32,000 bases of DNA from Promethearchaeota archaeon (GTDB lineage: Archaea; Asgardarchaeota; Lokiarchaeia; Sigyniarchaeales; Promethearchaeaceae), in assembly GCA_016933055.1 (NCBI GenBank), contig JAFGBS010000002.1:90001-122000 (forward strand). Reading direction: 5' to 3'. Numbering within the stretch: position 1 is the first letter of the stretch; each line of letters opens with the position of its first letter. This document shows, one piece after another, positions 8,761-17,013 of the stretch. Position numbers and translations under genes: made by a program. The notes beneath the pieces were generated by a model. The model saw only the letters and a program-made list of their open reading frames with translations. It did no database searches and had not been told where the DNA came from.

Positions 8761-8768
8761 TTTTTTTT
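8761..8768 (+). terminator. Oligo-T tract, candidate archaeal terminator after the Rag-like gene
   Basis: T8 run 8 nt after the stop at 8752. Confidence 0.35.
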
Positions 8769-8791
8769 ACTAGGCATTCATTATCATTCTC

Positions 8792-10363
8792 ATGAATCCT
8801 CATGAATCTTTTATTGTTATTTTAGATTTTGGGGGTCAATACACCCATCTCATCAGTCGAAGAATTAGAGATTTAGGGGTATACTCGGAAATTCGACCCT
8901 TTAATGTAGGGATTTCCAAAATAAAGGAGATTCCGAATCTAAAAGGGGTAATACTTTCTGGAGGACCCTCTAGTGTATATGATCCCAATGCTCCTCATCT
9001 GGATAAAAAATTACTCGAGTATTTTATTAATAAAAATATTCCTATACTCGGATTATGTTACGGGCATCATATGATTGCTCAGATGATGGGGGGAGTAGTA
9101 AAAAATGAGGATAATAAAGAATTTGGTAAAACTACTCTTAGCGTAATTCGTTCAGAATCCTTGATGGAAGGATTACAAGAACAAGAAATTGTATGGATGT
9201 CTCATGGAGATCAGATAGAATCTTTACCCGATGGATATAAAATTTATGCGAAAACGGTAAATTGTCCAATAGCAGCTTATGGATCTGACGATAAAGGAGT
9301 GTATGGATTACAATTTCATCCCGAAGTTGTGCATACTTTATCAGGAAATAAGATTTTGTCCAATTTTTTATTCTTAATTTGCAAATGCAAGAAAAGCTGG
9401 AAAATGGAGGATTGGATTACCAAGGCAATTAAAGAAATTCAAGATGTAGTGGGAAAAGAAAGTGTATTATTAGGATTATCGGGAGGAGTAGATTCATCAG
9501 TTACAGCACGTTTACTTCAAAAAGCAATAGCTGATCGCGTTCATCCAGTATTTGTGAATAACGGATTACTCCGCGAAAATGAAGAGAAAGAAATCATCGA
9601 TACCTTCCAAGAACAATTGAAATTTAAGAACTTTCACTATGTAGATGCTAGCAATCTATTTTTAGAACGTTTGGTTGGAATTACGGATCCCGAGGAAAAA
9701 CGAAAGATTATTGCAAATACATTCATTGAAGTGTTTGAGGAAAAAGCTGCCGAATTAAAGCACCAATACCCAAATATCACCTATCTTGCTCAAGGAACTA
9801 TATATCCCGATCGGGTGGAGAGTTCAGCGACTTCTATAGCGAGTAGTAAAATAAAATCTCACCATAATGTGATTTTACCAGATAACATGCTATTGAAATT
9901 GATTGAGCCGCTACGTGATCTCTATAAAGACGAAGTTCGCAAGATCGGCAAGGATTTACTCCCAGATTATTTGATAAATCGTCAACCATTTCCCGGACCT
10001 GGCTTAGCGGTTCGTTGTATAGGAGAGATCACCAAAGTAAAACTAGCCATTCTGAAAAAAGCGGATCTTATTGTGAGAGAGGAGATTGAAAAGATCCCAG
10101 GACTACAAGATACCCTATGGCAATATTTTGCGGTTTTTTTACCTGTAAAGACTGTTGGAGTAATGGGAGATGCCCGTACATACGAATCTGTTTGTGTTGT
10201 ACGAGCAGTGCAGTCCAAAGATGCTATGACCAGTAACTTTGCAAAACTCGATTGGGAACTTTTAGAAAACATATCCTCCCGAATCATTAATGAAGTGAGA
10301 GGAATAAATCGAGTGGTTTATGATATCAGTAATAAACCTCCCAGCACCATCGAATTTGAGTGA
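8792..10363 (+). CDS. guaA: GMP synthase (glutamine-hydrolysing), single-chain GATase + ATP-PPase
   Basis: LDFGGQYTHLI, SGGPSSVY, GLCYG (catalytic Cys), QFHPEV, SGGVDSS, KSHHNV, RQPFPGPGL and NRVVYDISNKPPSTIEFE. Confidence 0.97.
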   Translation: MNPHESFIVILDFGGQYTHLISRRIRDLGVYSEIRPFNVGISKIKEIPNLKGVILSGGPSSVYDPNAPHLDKKLLEYFINKNIPILGLCYGHHMIAQMMGGVVKNEDNKEFGKTTLSVIRSESLMEGLQEQEIVWMSHGDQIESLPDGYKIYAKTVNCPIAAYGSDDKGVYGLQFHPEVVHTLSGNKILSNFLFLICKCKKSWKMEDWITKAIKEIQDVVGKESVLLGLSGGVDSSVTARLLQKAIADRVHPVFVNNGLLRENEEKEIIDTFQEQLKFKNFHYVDASNLFLERLVGITDPEEKRKIIANTFIEVFEEKAAELKHQYPNITYLAQGTIYPDRVESSATSIASSKIKSHHNVILPDNMLLKLIEPLRDLYKDEVRKIGKDLLPDYLINRQPFPGPGLAVRCIGEITKVKLAILKKADLIVREEIEKIPGLQDTLWQYFAVFLPVKTVGVMGDARTYESVCVVRAVQSKDAMTSNFAKLDWELLENISSRIINEVRGINRVVYDISNKPPSTIEFE

Positions 10364-10369
10364 TAGTGA

Positions 10370-10644
10370 AGTCTCGATTATCCATTAATCTATGCTTTTA
10401 TAAGCGGGTTGGCAGAACCAGTAGGGGGCTTAATAGCGTATGGTACAATCTTCCCCTTTTTATCAGGTACTATTTCTACAATGATGCTAAATTTTATGCT
10501 ACTACTAACAGCAGGTATCATGATGTATATTTTGGTTGATGTACTTATCCCAACAGTGAAGATAATTGAATACAAACACACGAGCATTATTGATTTTTCT
10601 CTGGGGGGATGGTGTTAATTAGGATTACGATAACTTTTCTTTAA
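10370..10644 (+). pseudogene. 3' remnant of a ZIP/ZupT-family transporter, 5'-truncated and frameshifted
   Basis: Reads ...YAFISGLAEPVGGLIAY...LTAGIMMYILVDVLIPT...HTSIIDFSLG, then in another frame across the G6 run (10603-10608) MVLIRITITFL* (TAA 10642-10644). It is collinear with the last three TMs of the adjacent intact ZupT. Three stops (TGA TAG TGA, 10361-10369) lie immediately upstream. Confidence 0.75.
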
Positions 10645-10646
10645 TG

Positions 10647-11513
10647 TTATAATAATAATAGGGTCATTGCCATTATTAGCATCCCAACCACAATTCCTGC
10701 TATAGTGAGATGTCCTTTTTTATCATATTTTTGCGCTGTTGGTAAAATCTCATCTAAGGAAATATACACCATCACACCCGCAATAAATCCGAGCATACCT
10801 CCAATTATTTGATCATTTAAAAAGGAAAATAGAATCAAATAGCCTAATGCGGCGCCCACTGGTTCAGCTGCACCTGAAAGAAATGAATACCAAAATGCTT
10901 TTTTCTTATTACCCGTAGCGTAATAGATTGGAATTGAAACGGAAATGCCTTCGGGAATGTTATGAATGGCAATTGCTATCATCAGTACTATACCAAGAGA
11001 TGTGTCGCGCAAAGCTGTACCAAAAGTAACAAGACCCTCGGGAAAGTTATGAATGGCGATTGCAAACGCGGTAATTAATCCAGTTTTCATCAAATCCTTT
11101 TTAGAGGATTCTGATATTTTCAGTTCTTTTTGTGGTTGTCGTTTTATTTGTGCTATAGGCGGAGTTCGCGATTGTTCAGCATCTTCTTCTCCTTCCATTA
11201 CAATGACGATGTGATGGGGATTTTCAACTTCGGGGATGATTAGATCTATCAGCCACATAAATCCAACACCAATAAAAAACAAACTTATCCCCCAAACCTC
11301 TCCCCACACACCTTGGGTTATTCCAATGGCCTCGATTGCTTGTGGTAATAATTCCACGAAAGAGATATAGGTCATTACTCCTCCCGATAAACCCAATGCA
11401 AATGATAAATATTCAATTTTAGGTTTCTTAATAAAATAGGCGATCAATGAGCCAATACCTGTGGATAAACCGGCAATAATTGTAAGTAAAAACGCAATTA
11501 TGACTGAATTCAT
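10647..11513 (-). CDS. zupT: ZIP-family divalent metal transporter
   Basis: GLSTGIG N-terminus, twin metal-site motifs HNFPEG and HNIPEG, SGAAEPVG and DEILP. AAGGAG ribosome-binding site upstream. Confidence 0.92.
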   Translation of the reverse strand: MNSVIIAFLLTIIAGLSTGIGSLIAYFIKKPKIEYLSFALGLSGGVMTYISFVELLPQAIEAIGITQGVWGEVWGISLFFIGVGFMWLIDLIIPEVENPHHIVIVMEGEEDAEQSRTPPIAQIKRQPQKELKISESSKKDLMKTGLITAFAIAIHNFPEGLVTFGTALRDTSLGIVLMIAIAIHNIPEGISVSIPIYYATGNKKKAFWYSFLSGAAEPVGAALGYLILFSFLNDQIIGGMLGFIAGVMVYISLDEILPTAQKYDKKGHLTIAGIVVGMLIMAMTLLLL

Positions 11514-11570
11514 AATGAATCTCCTTTTTTTTGGTTTTAATACAATTTTTACACAACAATACTAAGTATT

Positions 11571-14126
11571 ATGTCCTCCTTTTCAGAAAACTATTTGTAT
11601 AGGAAGAAACATGTTGAACTATTAAAAAGTAAGATGAGTAAAATGGAACCAGTACATTATTTGTTGCATTTGGAACCAGATCTTGAAAAATTTGTTTTTC
11701 TCGGTACAACTCAAATCACTATTCTTTCCGACGATACCATCGGGAAAGTGGTTCTCAATGGAAAATTCCTCAATATTTTGTCTTGCAAAATTAAGATAAA
11801 CGAGGAATACATTGCATGTGATTTTGACTATGATGAAAACAAAGAGGAAATAGTTGTTAAATTTCCACAAGAAATCTCTGGAAATTTTGAGATAAAGATC
11901 CATTACAAAGGAGAATTGAATGATAAACTACTAGGATTTTATAGAAGTAGTTATACAATAGAGGGACAAGAGGAAACAAAATATATTGCAACCACTCAAT
12001 TCGAAGAACGTTACGCTCGATGGGCTTTTCCTTGTTTTGATCAACCCCGATATAAAACTCCTTTTGATATTGAGTTTGTTATTAATGAGAATTTGACAGG
12101 AATTTCAAACTGTGCAGTTTCTGAAGAAATTATGCTTGAGAATGGTAAAAAGCTAGTGAAATTTGAACAAACTCCAAAGATGTGCACGTATTTATTGTAC
12201 TTTGGTGTAGGTGAATTCGAATATGTTGAGCAAAAAAGCGAGAATCTTACCGTTAGAGTGTATACTACTCCTGGAAATAGTCAATATGGGGAGTTAGGTC
12301 TGGAAATTAGTAAAAAATCTATAGAAATATTGGAAGAATTGACGGGAATTCCATACCCCATTTCAAAAATAGACAATATTGCAGTAAAAGATTTCCAATT
12401 TGGAGCTATGGAAAATTATGGAGCAGTGACCTATCGAGAACCGCTGATATTAGTTTATCCTGGAAAAACCTCAAAGTCATCCAGAACTCAAATTGTAATT
12501 GTTATTTGCCATGAAAATTCCCATATGTGGTTTGGTAATTTGGTTTCTCCAGCAGATTGGCAATATGTTTGGCTTAATGAGAGTTTTGCTTCATATTTTG
12601 AACGGGTTGTGACAGATCGTATTTATCCAGAGTGGAATATTTGGGATGACTTCATTTTGGATTCTACTCTTGGAGCTTTAACTCGAGACTCACTGATTAA
12701 CACTTTTCCTATAGAACTTCCGGGAGGAAAACCAATTGATATCAACACCGCTACGGCTCCAATAATTTATGACAAAGGCGCTTCTATCATAAGGGTTCTA
12801 AGTGATTTTTTGGGTGAAGAAAAATTCAAGTTGGGAGTTAAAAGTTTCCTGGACAAATATAAGTTTGATATAGCCAACACCGAACAATATTGGGCGGCTT
12901 TTGAGGAAGCTACGGGTGAACCTATCAAAAAATTTGCCGATTCGTGGGTTCATCAAAAAGGATACCCATTTATTACCGCGCATAAGGATGGTAATATTCT
13001 CAAATTACAGCAAGCTCGGTTTACTTATCTTCCTCACGAAACAGATACAACTTGGCTGATTCCCATATCCTATACTTTGTTCCTTAGCGATGGTACTCAA
13101 TTGGATAAAAAAACTGTAATGGAAGCTGCAACGATGGAAGTAGAATTGCCTGAGAATACGGTCACATACAAACTCAATACCCAACAAAAAGGTTTTTACC
13201 GCGTCTTATATACTGATGGCAATTTTGAAAAACTGGGTGAACTTATTGTTGAAAAGAAATTATCCCATCTGGATGTGTTTGGAATTCAGAACGATATTTT
13301 CAGTTTTACAATCCGTGGAGATTTCTCAGTTGACAAATATTTGGATTTTCTGAGTAAATATTATTCCCAAGAAGATAGTTATTTATCCTTACGAAACATT
13401 TCCGGAAATTTGAATTCACTTTATTTCTTTATGGATTCTAAACGCTCCCGTATCGCAGAAATTGGCCGAACAATGTCTGATCGTTACTTAGAGAAAATAG
13501 GACTAGAACCAAAAGAAGATGATAGTTTAGAAACCTCCCGAATACGAAATATCTTGTTATGGTCTTCTTTTATATTTGATTCCAAATTGGTGAAAAATTT
13601 TGTGAAAGGAAAATATGATGACTTTAAGAAGGATACTCCTATTCATGCCGACATTCTTAGTACTATGTACAGATCTTTTGCTGCCTATGATAAAAACTCG
13701 AAACATCTGTTTTTCAAAAAGCTAATGGACCCGAAAACCACAGGACAAGAACTATTATATCTGTGCCAAGCGATCGGAGAGGTTCGAAGTGAGCAAGATC
13801 TCAAAGAAATTCTGGACATGGTTTTAGACAAGATGCCATTGAATGTAAGATACATTCCCATATTAGTTGCTGCACAAAATGAAACAACCAAACCATGGTT
13901 ATGGAATTGGTATAAAGAACATGCAGCTATTCTAAAAGAAAAACTAACTCCCATGAATTTGGGGACGGTTCTAGTTGGACTTGCTTTCCATTCCGGTTTA
14001 GGAAGAGAAGAAGATGTGGGGATGGTGTTAGAAAAACTTGCGCAAGAAATGCCGGATCGAGAAGATGACATTAACATGGCTTTAGAATTGTTAAAGGTGT
14101 ATTCCACGGTACTATTCCGTAACTAA
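11571..14126 (+). CDS. M1-family zinc aminopeptidase (PepN / tricorn-interacting factor-like)
   Basis: GFYRS, TQFEERYAR.AFPCFD, GAMENYG, HENSH (HExxH) followed by WLNESFA, and IYDKGAS. The true start may be M22 (11634). Confidence 0.93.
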   Translation: MSSFSENYLYRKKHVELLKSKMSKMEPVHYLLHLEPDLEKFVFLGTTQITILSDDTIGKVVLNGKFLNILSCKIKINEEYIACDFDYDENKEEIVVKFPQEISGNFEIKIHYKGELNDKLLGFYRSSYTIEGQEETKYIATTQFEERYARWAFPCFDQPRYKTPFDIEFVINENLTGISNCAVSEEIMLENGKKLVKFEQTPKMCTYLLYFGVGEFEYVEQKSENLTVRVYTTPGNSQYGELGLEISKKSIEILEELTGIPYPISKIDNIAVKDFQFGAMENYGAVTYREPLILVYPGKTSKSSRTQIVIVICHENSHMWFGNLVSPADWQYVWLNESFASYFERVVTDRIYPEWNIWDDFILDSTLGALTRDSLINTFPIELPGGKPIDINTATAPIIYDKGASIIRVLSDFLGEEKFKLGVKSFLDKYKFDIANTEQYWAAFEEATGEPIKKFADSWVHQKGYPFITAHKDGNILKLQQARFTYLPHETDTTWLIPISYTLFLSDGTQLDKKTVMEAATMEVELPENTVTYKLNTQQKGFYRVLYTDGNFEKLGELIVEKKLSHLDVFGIQNDIFSFTIRGDFSVDKYLDFLSKYYSQEDSYLSLRNISGNLNSLYFFMDSKRSRIAEIGRTMSDRYLEKIGLEPKEDDSLETSRIRNILLWSSFIFDSKLVKNFVKGKYDDFKKDTPIHADILSTMYRSFAAYDKNSKHLFFKKLMDPKTTGQELLYLCQAIGEVRSEQDLKEILDMVLDKMPLNVRYIPILVAAQNETTKPWLWNWYKEHAAILKEKLTPMNLGTVLVGLAFHSGLGREEDVGMVLEKLAQEMPDREDDINMALELLKVYSTVLFRN

Positions 14127-14665
14127 ACTACCCATTTTTCCATGAGTAATTCATCTATATATTTTTTTTTCATATAAAACTGTTTTTGACGTATGCCAAT
14201 TTTTCGAAAACCTAATTTTTCATATAAATGAATGGCATAAGTATTAGTAACCAAGGTTCCCAAAACAATTTTCATTTTTCCGTTTTTCTTGGATTCTTCA
14301 ATAGCAAATTCAATTAAGTGACACCCTAGTCCCAGATTGCGGAAAGATTTGGAAATGATGATTCCCAGAAGACCTACATGTTCAGAAGCTTCCCATTCAT
14401 CATGGTGGATGGTACATTGCCCAACGATCGTCTTGTGGTTGGAGGTTGAATATTCTGCTACAATACACAAGTTATTATATCCGACTAATTCATTATACCA
14501 ACTGATTTTCTCGAATTTGTCTATTACTTTGGTGAATGAGGGCTGATATATTCCCTCCTCAATAACTTCATTATAATTATCCCATATATCATCCAAGTCC
14601 TCTTTGAGGATGTGTCGTAGGAGGATACGATTATTGTTTTTCAAGATAATGGTTTTTTGCGACAT
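14123..14665 (-). CDS. GNAT/RimJ-like N-acetyltransferase
   Basis: LGIIISKSFRNLGLG (acetyl-CoA binding motif A), N..AI.LYEKLGF and ELLMEK. Its stop overlaps the aminopeptidase stop. Confidence 0.85.
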   Translation of the reverse strand: MSQKTIILKNNNRILLRHILKEDLDDIWDNYNEVIEEGIYQPSFTKVIDKFEKISWYNELVGYNNLCIVAEYSTSNHKTIVGQCTIHHDEWEASEHVGLLGIIISKSFRNLGLGCHLIEFAIEESKKNGKMKIVLGTLVTNTYAIHLYEKLGFRKIGIRQKQFYMKKKYIDELLMEKWVV

Positions 14666-14777
14666 TTCAATCGAGTGAGATAGTGGTGCAAAGGTTTTTT
14701 GGAAGAAGATTCAAAGTTTTCTTTAAATTGTATCAATTAAGAAATGAAGAAAAATAAACATACAGAATTTGAGAATT

Positions 14778-15134
14778 ATGAGTCAAAAAGAAAATGAAAA
14801 AAAGGATCCCGATCATCCCATCAGTTTGGAAGAAGCGTTACAATCTAAACTTGCGCAAGAAAAACGCTTATTGGGACAAGATTTAGATTCGGACGAGAGA
14901 ACAATTATGGCTTGTTATCAAGAAAAAAATCGATTGATTCTTGATCGAATTTACATAATTTTCAATCAGACCCGAAAGAATTTGGATCTGTCATTAAAAA
15001 CCAAGTCAGAATTACGGGATAGGCTTGGAAGCCTTGCAGAGAAAGGATATTTGCGTATTGAAGGTTTTGTGTATGACGGAGAGGAAAGAGAAGCGTTTAT
15101 ATTGACTGAAAAAGGTGAAGAACTCGTTAAATAA
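14778..15134 (+). CDS. Hypothetical protein with predicted winged-helix fold
   Basis: ELRDRLGSLAEKGYL...REAFILTEKGEEL is a typical wHTH recognition helix and wing. ATG 14778 preferred over TTG 14769. Confidence 0.55.
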   Translation: MSQKENEKKDPDHPISLEEALQSKLAQEKRLLGQDLDSDERTIMACYQEKNRLILDRIYIIFNQTRKNLDLSLKTKSELRDRLGSLAEKGYLRIEGFVYDGEEREAFILTEKGEELVK

Positions 15135-15216
15135 GCATATTAGATGCTTTTATTATTTTCGTATTTGGCATATAATATAGGTTTAATTAACTACTATACT
15201 CTTAACGTGAACTATT

Positions 15217-17013
15217 ATGTCTGAATCTGATGAAAATTATGGAAATATACATGCTACGGAACATAAGGAAAAACCCTCCCGTTCTGGATTGTGTATTACA
15301 TTTTATCTAGTGTTATCCATTTCTTGTTTTACTTTAATGATCGGCGGATTATGGGCAATTATGGATATAATCCAACCTACAGGAAAATGGGAATGGTTTA
15401 AAGACCTCGGGATAATGTTACAAATCATCATCGCTGGTGGTTTTGGTATTATTGGTATTGGGGGTGTTATAGTACTTTGGTTACTGTATCCCAAAGGAAC
15501 ACGCCTTATCCATAAAATGCTATATCCTCCCATTACTAAAGAACAATTCGAAAAAGGCACTTTTCTTGCACGTTTTATAACTGCAGGTCTATTAATATCC
15601 ATTTTTATCATTGTTGTTGGTTTTGTACTTGCATTTATCGAATGGATTGTTGCAGAAGGCGGAGTAAGTTTTATCGGGTTCCTAAAATCCACACCTAACG
15701 GGTTACTTATTATGCTTTTCTCTTCGATGTTACTTGTATTCACTATTCTGGTAATTGTGTTTGTTTGGGTGTGGATTAACGGATATCAGAAAACTCTCAA
15801 ATTAATCTCGGATAACAATGCACGGATAGACAGAGCCCAAGTAAAGAAACTTGAATGGAATTCGGGTGTTAGTTTCTATATTATCGTTTTAATAAGCGTA
15901 TTGGGAGTAGCCCTAGGGGGTGCCTGGTATGGAATGGACATTTTTGTGTTTCCCATTGATTGGACGAACTTTGGAACTACCTTTTTAGTAATTGGTGGAT
16001 TAGGGAGTTTAGTATTTCTAGTTCTTATTGGGGGGTTAGTTCTATTCAGTCTAGGCAGCTATAAGATTAGTCATATGCTGTTTGCGCGTAAAGGGAAAAT
16101 CTCAGAAGAATTAGACACTCAGGATAAAAATTTAGCAGATTCGATTACAGTGACTTTGCTTATCGCAATCGCCCTCCTTATCATCGGTGCAATGGGCATG
16201 TTAGTGGATTACTTGATGAAGTTAGCGGAAGAGCAGTCCGGGGGGACTTTTCTTGAATGGCTAGTAACCTTGCCATCGTATGGGATATGGACGGTTTTAT
16301 TTAGTGGAATGCTATTTGTTGGAATTTGGGTTATGATCTTCATAATTTACGTATGGACCCATGGGTATTTCTTTTTTTTCAATGCGAATGCCAGAAAAGT
16401 GTTGCGAGATAATGAAAAAATTGAACGCGATAAGCATAATAACGCTCAAGTAGCATTTGGAGTGATCATTTACGTTCTAATCTGGTTGTGTGTATTTGGT
16501 ATTATATATGGAGCGATCTGGTGGGGAATGGAAGAATTTTCCGCACAATGGACCGACTCTACGACCAGAATCTCCTTAAAATTCCTAATTATTGAATCCA
16601 TGGGAAGTGTGTTCTTTCTTTTACTTACAGGGGGTTTGCTATTCGCTCGAAGATTAGTATTTTTTATCAGTAAAATGCTATTTGTTCGAAGAGAAGACAT
16701 TCCAGACAACGTAGAAAAACAAGATAAAGTAATTGCCCAAATCATAACTATTACTCTATTGGTGGCCATCGCATTAGTAGCGGTGGGTTCGTTTGGATTA
16801 TTAGTGCAGTTCTTGATAAATAGGTCTCTTGCACTATTAGGGATGGAAAACCTTATCGAAATTATTACATTTTTACCAAATGGTGTTCTATCGATGATAG
16901 CGAGTGGTTTATTGCTTATTTCTATTTGGATTTTGATTTTCGTTATTTTTGTGTGGACAAATGGGTACTATTTCTTCTATATTCGCTTCCTTCGAAGTAT
17001 TGCAAAGCAATGA
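15217..17013 (+). CDS. Uncharacterised polytopic membrane protein, ~12 TM, three tandem ~190-aa modules
   Basis: Twelve long hydrophobic segments. Modules start near Y30, Y221 and Y419 and end in WINGY, WTHGY and WTNGY. Confidence 0.8.
   Translation: MSESDENYGNIHATEHKEKPSRSGLCITFYLVLSISCFTLMIGGLWAIMDIIQPTGKWEWFKDLGIMLQIIIAGGFGIIGIGGVIVLWLLYPKGTRLIHKMLYPPITKEQFEKGTFLARFITAGLLISIFIIVVGFVLAFIEWIVAEGGVSFIGFLKSTPNGLLIMLFSSMLLVFTILVIVFVWVWINGYQKTLKLISDNNARIDRAQVKKLEWNSGVSFYIIVLISVLGVALGGAWYGMDIFVFPIDWTNFGTTFLVIGGLGSLVFLVLIGGLVLFSLGSYKISHMLFARKGKISEELDTQDKNLADSITVTLLIAIALLIIGAMGMLVDYLMKLAEEQSGGTFLEWLVTLPSYGIWTVLFSGMLFVGIWVMIFIIYVWTHGYFFFFNANARKVLRDNEKIERDKHNNAQVAFGVIIYVLIWLCVFGIIYGAIWWGMEEFSAQWTDSTTRISLKFLIIESMGSVFFLLLTGGLLFARRLVFFISKMLFVRREDIPDNVEKQDKVIAQIITITLLVAIALVAVGSFGLLVQFLINRSLALLGMENLIEIITFLPNGVLSMIASGLLLISIWILIFVIFVWTNGYYFFYIRFLRSIAKQ

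Noticed and set aside
14778-15134. Resemblance of the wHTH protein to a cullin C-terminal winged-helix domain
   Set aside because: The similarity is limited to generic wHTH positions, and the neddylation-site motif (IVRIMK) is absent.
15217-17013. Assignment of the 12-TM protein as an MFS transporter or potassium channel
   Set aside because: The repeat symmetry is 3 x 4 TM rather than 2 x 6, with no MFS motif A and no TVGYG filter.
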